Shown here piece by piece: positions 61,048 through 64,000 of a DNA stretch of 64,000 nt. The notes below the pieces were generated by a model, which was given only the letters and a program-made list of their open reading frames with translations, was not told where the DNA came from and made no database searches. Source of the DNA: Octopus sinensis (lineage: Eukaryota); the NCBI RefSeq assembly GCF_006345805.1, contig NC_043023.1, forward strand, positions 5,580,001-5,644,000. The letters run 5' to 3'. Numbering within the stretch: the stretch's first letter is position 1; each line of letters starts with the position of its first letter. Position numbers and translations under genes: made by a program.

Positions 61048-61126
61048 GTTTTCCACAAGATCATCACCACAGGTCATCAACGTCTACAACCTCTCTTTGA
61101 TTGCTTACTCACAATTATTGTCAATG
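61048..61126 (+). CDS. HID1: HID1 coding exon 13 (gene continues beyond window)
   Basis: TTTGCAG; VFHKIITTGHQRLQPLFDCLLTIIVN; GTACAG donor. Confidence 0.94.
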
Positions 61127-61421
61127 GTACAGAACTTTGTTCCTCTTCTTACTTGCTCCCACTTTGCCAGTTTGTTTATATTTTTTTTGTGGAGAGACAA
61201 AATGGGTTAAGCTCAGGCTTAACCCATTCTGTCTCACCACAAAAAAATCCTCACTTTGCCTTGTCATTTTTATATGTATATGACCTGTAGTTATCATGGG
61301 TAAGAGCTATCTTCAACTGTAGCTCTGGGCTGATCAAACATTGTGAGTGGACTTAGTAGACAAGCTGAAATATGCCAGTCCTCTGCTAGCAGAGAAAACG
61401 GACGTTAAACGATGATGAGAA

Positions 61422-61813
61422 TATATATATATATAAAGCTGAAGTTGTCTGTGTATGGCAGGTTTGGTAGCCTTCAACTAACACTATCTCCTCCGAGACC
61501 CTGCAGTGCAAGTTGACAAAAATTGAGAGTATGATAGAAGAAGGCTTGCTCTTCCTTCCATAGAAGAAAAAATTCAAATTGGACCATGTTAACACCAAAA
61601 ATTATTTACATCAAAAAGGTGCTTTTTTTTCTATGAAAATCCCTATTTTTTACGATTTTTTGACTGCTGTGTCGCCATTTTTCAGTGTATTTCAACCAGA
61701 AAAATGTTCACTTAAAGAGAATAACTAACTACATAATGCAAAATTTTTACTTTTCAAAAATTCCAATTCTAAAGGGTCGAAACAAACCCGAGCAATGCCG
61801 GGCGATACTGCTA

Positions 61814-61814
<1 letters not shown>
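61422..61814 (+). mobile_element. Non-autonomous Helitron, intact
   Basis: Hairpin CCCGAGCAATGCCGGG at 61787-61802, then CTAG|T at 61811-61815. Confidence 0.85.
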
Positions 61815-61849
<35 letters not shown>

Positions 61850-62089
61850 CTCTTTTACTTGTTTCAGTCATTTGACTGTGGCCATGCTGGAGCACTGCCT
61901 TTAGTTGAGCAAATCGACCCCAGCACTTATTCTTTGTTAGCCTAGTATTTATTCTATCAGTCTCTTATGCCGAACTGCTAAGTTATTGGGACGTAAACAC
62001 ACCAGCATCGGTTGTCAAGTGATGTTGGGAGGACAAATATAGACACACAAATGTATACACACACGCATGCGTGTGTATATATATATATA

Positions 62090-62915
62090 TCATCATCATC
62101 ATTTAGCGTCCGTTCTCCATGCTAGCATGGGTTGGACGGTTCAACTGGGGTCTGTGAAGCTGGAAGGCTTCATCAGGCCCAGTCAGATCTGGCAGTGTTT
62201 CTACGGCTGGATGCCCTTCCTAACGCCAACCACTCCGTGAGTGTAGTGGGTGCTTTTTACGTGCCACCTGCACAGGTGCCAGACAGAGCTGGCAAACGGC
62301 CACGAACGGATGGTGCTTTTACGTGTCACCGGCACGGGGCCAGGCAAGGCTGGCAACGGACACGAACGGATGGTGCTTTTACGTGCCACCAACACGGGGG
62401 CCAGACAGAGCTGGCAAACGGCCACGAACGGATGGTGCTTTTACGTGTCACCGGCACGGGGGCCAGGCGAGGCTGGCAACGGGCACGAACGGATGGTGCT
62501 TTTACATGCCACCGACACGGGGGCCAGACAGGGCTGGCAAACGGACACGAACGGATGGTGCTTTTACGTGTCACCGGCACGGGGCCAGGCGAGGCTGGCA
62601 ACGGACACGAATGGATGGTGCTTTTACATGTCACCGACATGGGGGCCAGACAGGGCTGGCAAACGGACACAAACGGATGGTGCTTTTACGTGTCACTGGC
62701 ACGGGGGCCAGACAGAGCTGGCAAACGGCCACAAACGGATGGTGCTTTTACGTGTCACCGGCACGGGGGCCAGGCCAGGCTGGCAACGAACACGAACGGA
62801 TGGTGCTTTTACGTGCCACCTACACGGGGGCCAGACAGGGCTGGCGAACGGCTACGAACGGATGGTACTTTTACGTGTCACCTGCACGGGTTCCTGATGT
62901 TGATCGACCTCAATT
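62090..62915 (-). mobile_element. Family D with about 10-11 tandem units (62230-62890)
   Basis: Alternating CCAGACAG and CCAGGCGAG unit variants. Confidence 0.88.
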
Positions 62916-63565
62916 TGGTATATCTTTTACAAATACAACTGAGACATACTGATATAGTTTAGAATAACTGCAGCTGAGCCATTTAAATCAATTCATTAAG
63001 TATTGATTTGGAAACAGATTTCTGATTAAATTCCAATAAATCTGATTGTATTTACAATGTTGAGCATTATCAAATTTTTACATCAATTTGCGAGTATAAA
63101 AGAGTAAGCTCCCTTGCTACAAAAATAACAAAAACAAAGGAAAATTAGTCTGGATTTTGAAGTGGTTCCAAAATATTAATTGGAAATTAAATGGTTTTAA
63201 AGAACTCATTCAAATAGCGTACAAGTATATCACTTGTACACATCAATACTAGAGAAATGAAATGTTACACCAGATGAATTTGGATACACATGTCAGGTAC
63301 AATGACACTGAATTGTTGGAGCGTCGTACAAAATGGCATGCTAGGACTCTACATTCAGAGTTCAAATTCCATCAAGGTCGATTTTGCCTTTCATTTGTCA
63401 GAAAGTCGATAAAATAGTACCATATATCGGATTCCATATAACTGATTGTTTCCTCCCCATAAAATTTCAGGCCATTTGACTTACGGGGTGGACGGAATCG
63501 ATGGATTAGACAAAATATTTTGCTGTGTTTATATATATATATATATCACATATATCACACACGAT

Positions 63566-63830
63566 CACGTGACCAACCAGACCATCAGATGTTGTTACAC
63601 ATCGCTGGTCACAATGCGTTCGCATTGTTTTAGCCTTTGAATGACGCCACCCCGCTGGCTAAGCGAGCAGGTGAACAGAAGAAAGAGTGGTGAAAGAGTA
63701 CAGCAGGGATCAGCACACCCTGCCGGAGCCTCGTGGAGCTTTTAGGTGTTTTTCAGTCAGTAAACACTCACGATGCCCGGCCTGGGAATCAAAACCACGA
63801 TCCTACGACCGCGAGTCCGCTGCCCTAACC
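63566..63830 (-). mobile_element. SINE family C
   Basis: Reverse complement copy. Confidence 0.85.
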
Positions 63831-64000
63831 ATATATGACGGGCTTCTTTCAGTTTTCGTCTACCAAATCCACTCACAAGGCTTTGGTCGGCTCGAGGTTA
63901 TAGTAGAAGACACTTGCCCAAGGTGTCACACTATGGGACTGAACCTGGAACCATGTGGTTAATAAGCAAGCTACATACCACACAGCCACTCCTACGCCTA
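63830..64000 (-). mobile_element. SINE family A, head
   Basis: Reverse complement head at the window edge. Confidence 0.82.

Noticed and set aside
61127-64000. Next HID1 exon (expected VSPYLK-like)
   Set aside because: Not found; it probably lies beyond the window. The POLR3H 5' exons are likewise absent from 1-1575.

Overview
Eukaryotic, AT-rich, repeat-dense DNA whose SINE and microsatellite landscape points to an octopus (inference). Two spliced genes lie head-to-tail on the + strand. The first is the last five coding exons of POLR3H/RPC8 (1576-13623); its intron 4441-7116 has U12 (minor spliceosome) signals. The second is the first 13 coding exons of HID1 (ATG 20554 to 61126, continuing past the window). 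Introns and intergenic DNA hold five SINE-like families, two CR1/L2-type LINE fragments, a solo LTR, non-autonomous Helitrons, piggyBac-, pogo- and mariner-type DNA elements, and satellites. The most unusual signal is about a dozen type I hammerhead-ribozyme-shaped cassettes from several unrelated repeat families. They include C3-G8, U3-A8 and G3-C8 versions of the core tertiary pair. Two sit inside terminally redundant 355- and 404-bp units resembling retrozymes or Penelope pLTRs, and several sit inside long fold-back palindromes. All structures were paired by eye. No activity, expression or database match was tested, and repeat boundaries are approximate.
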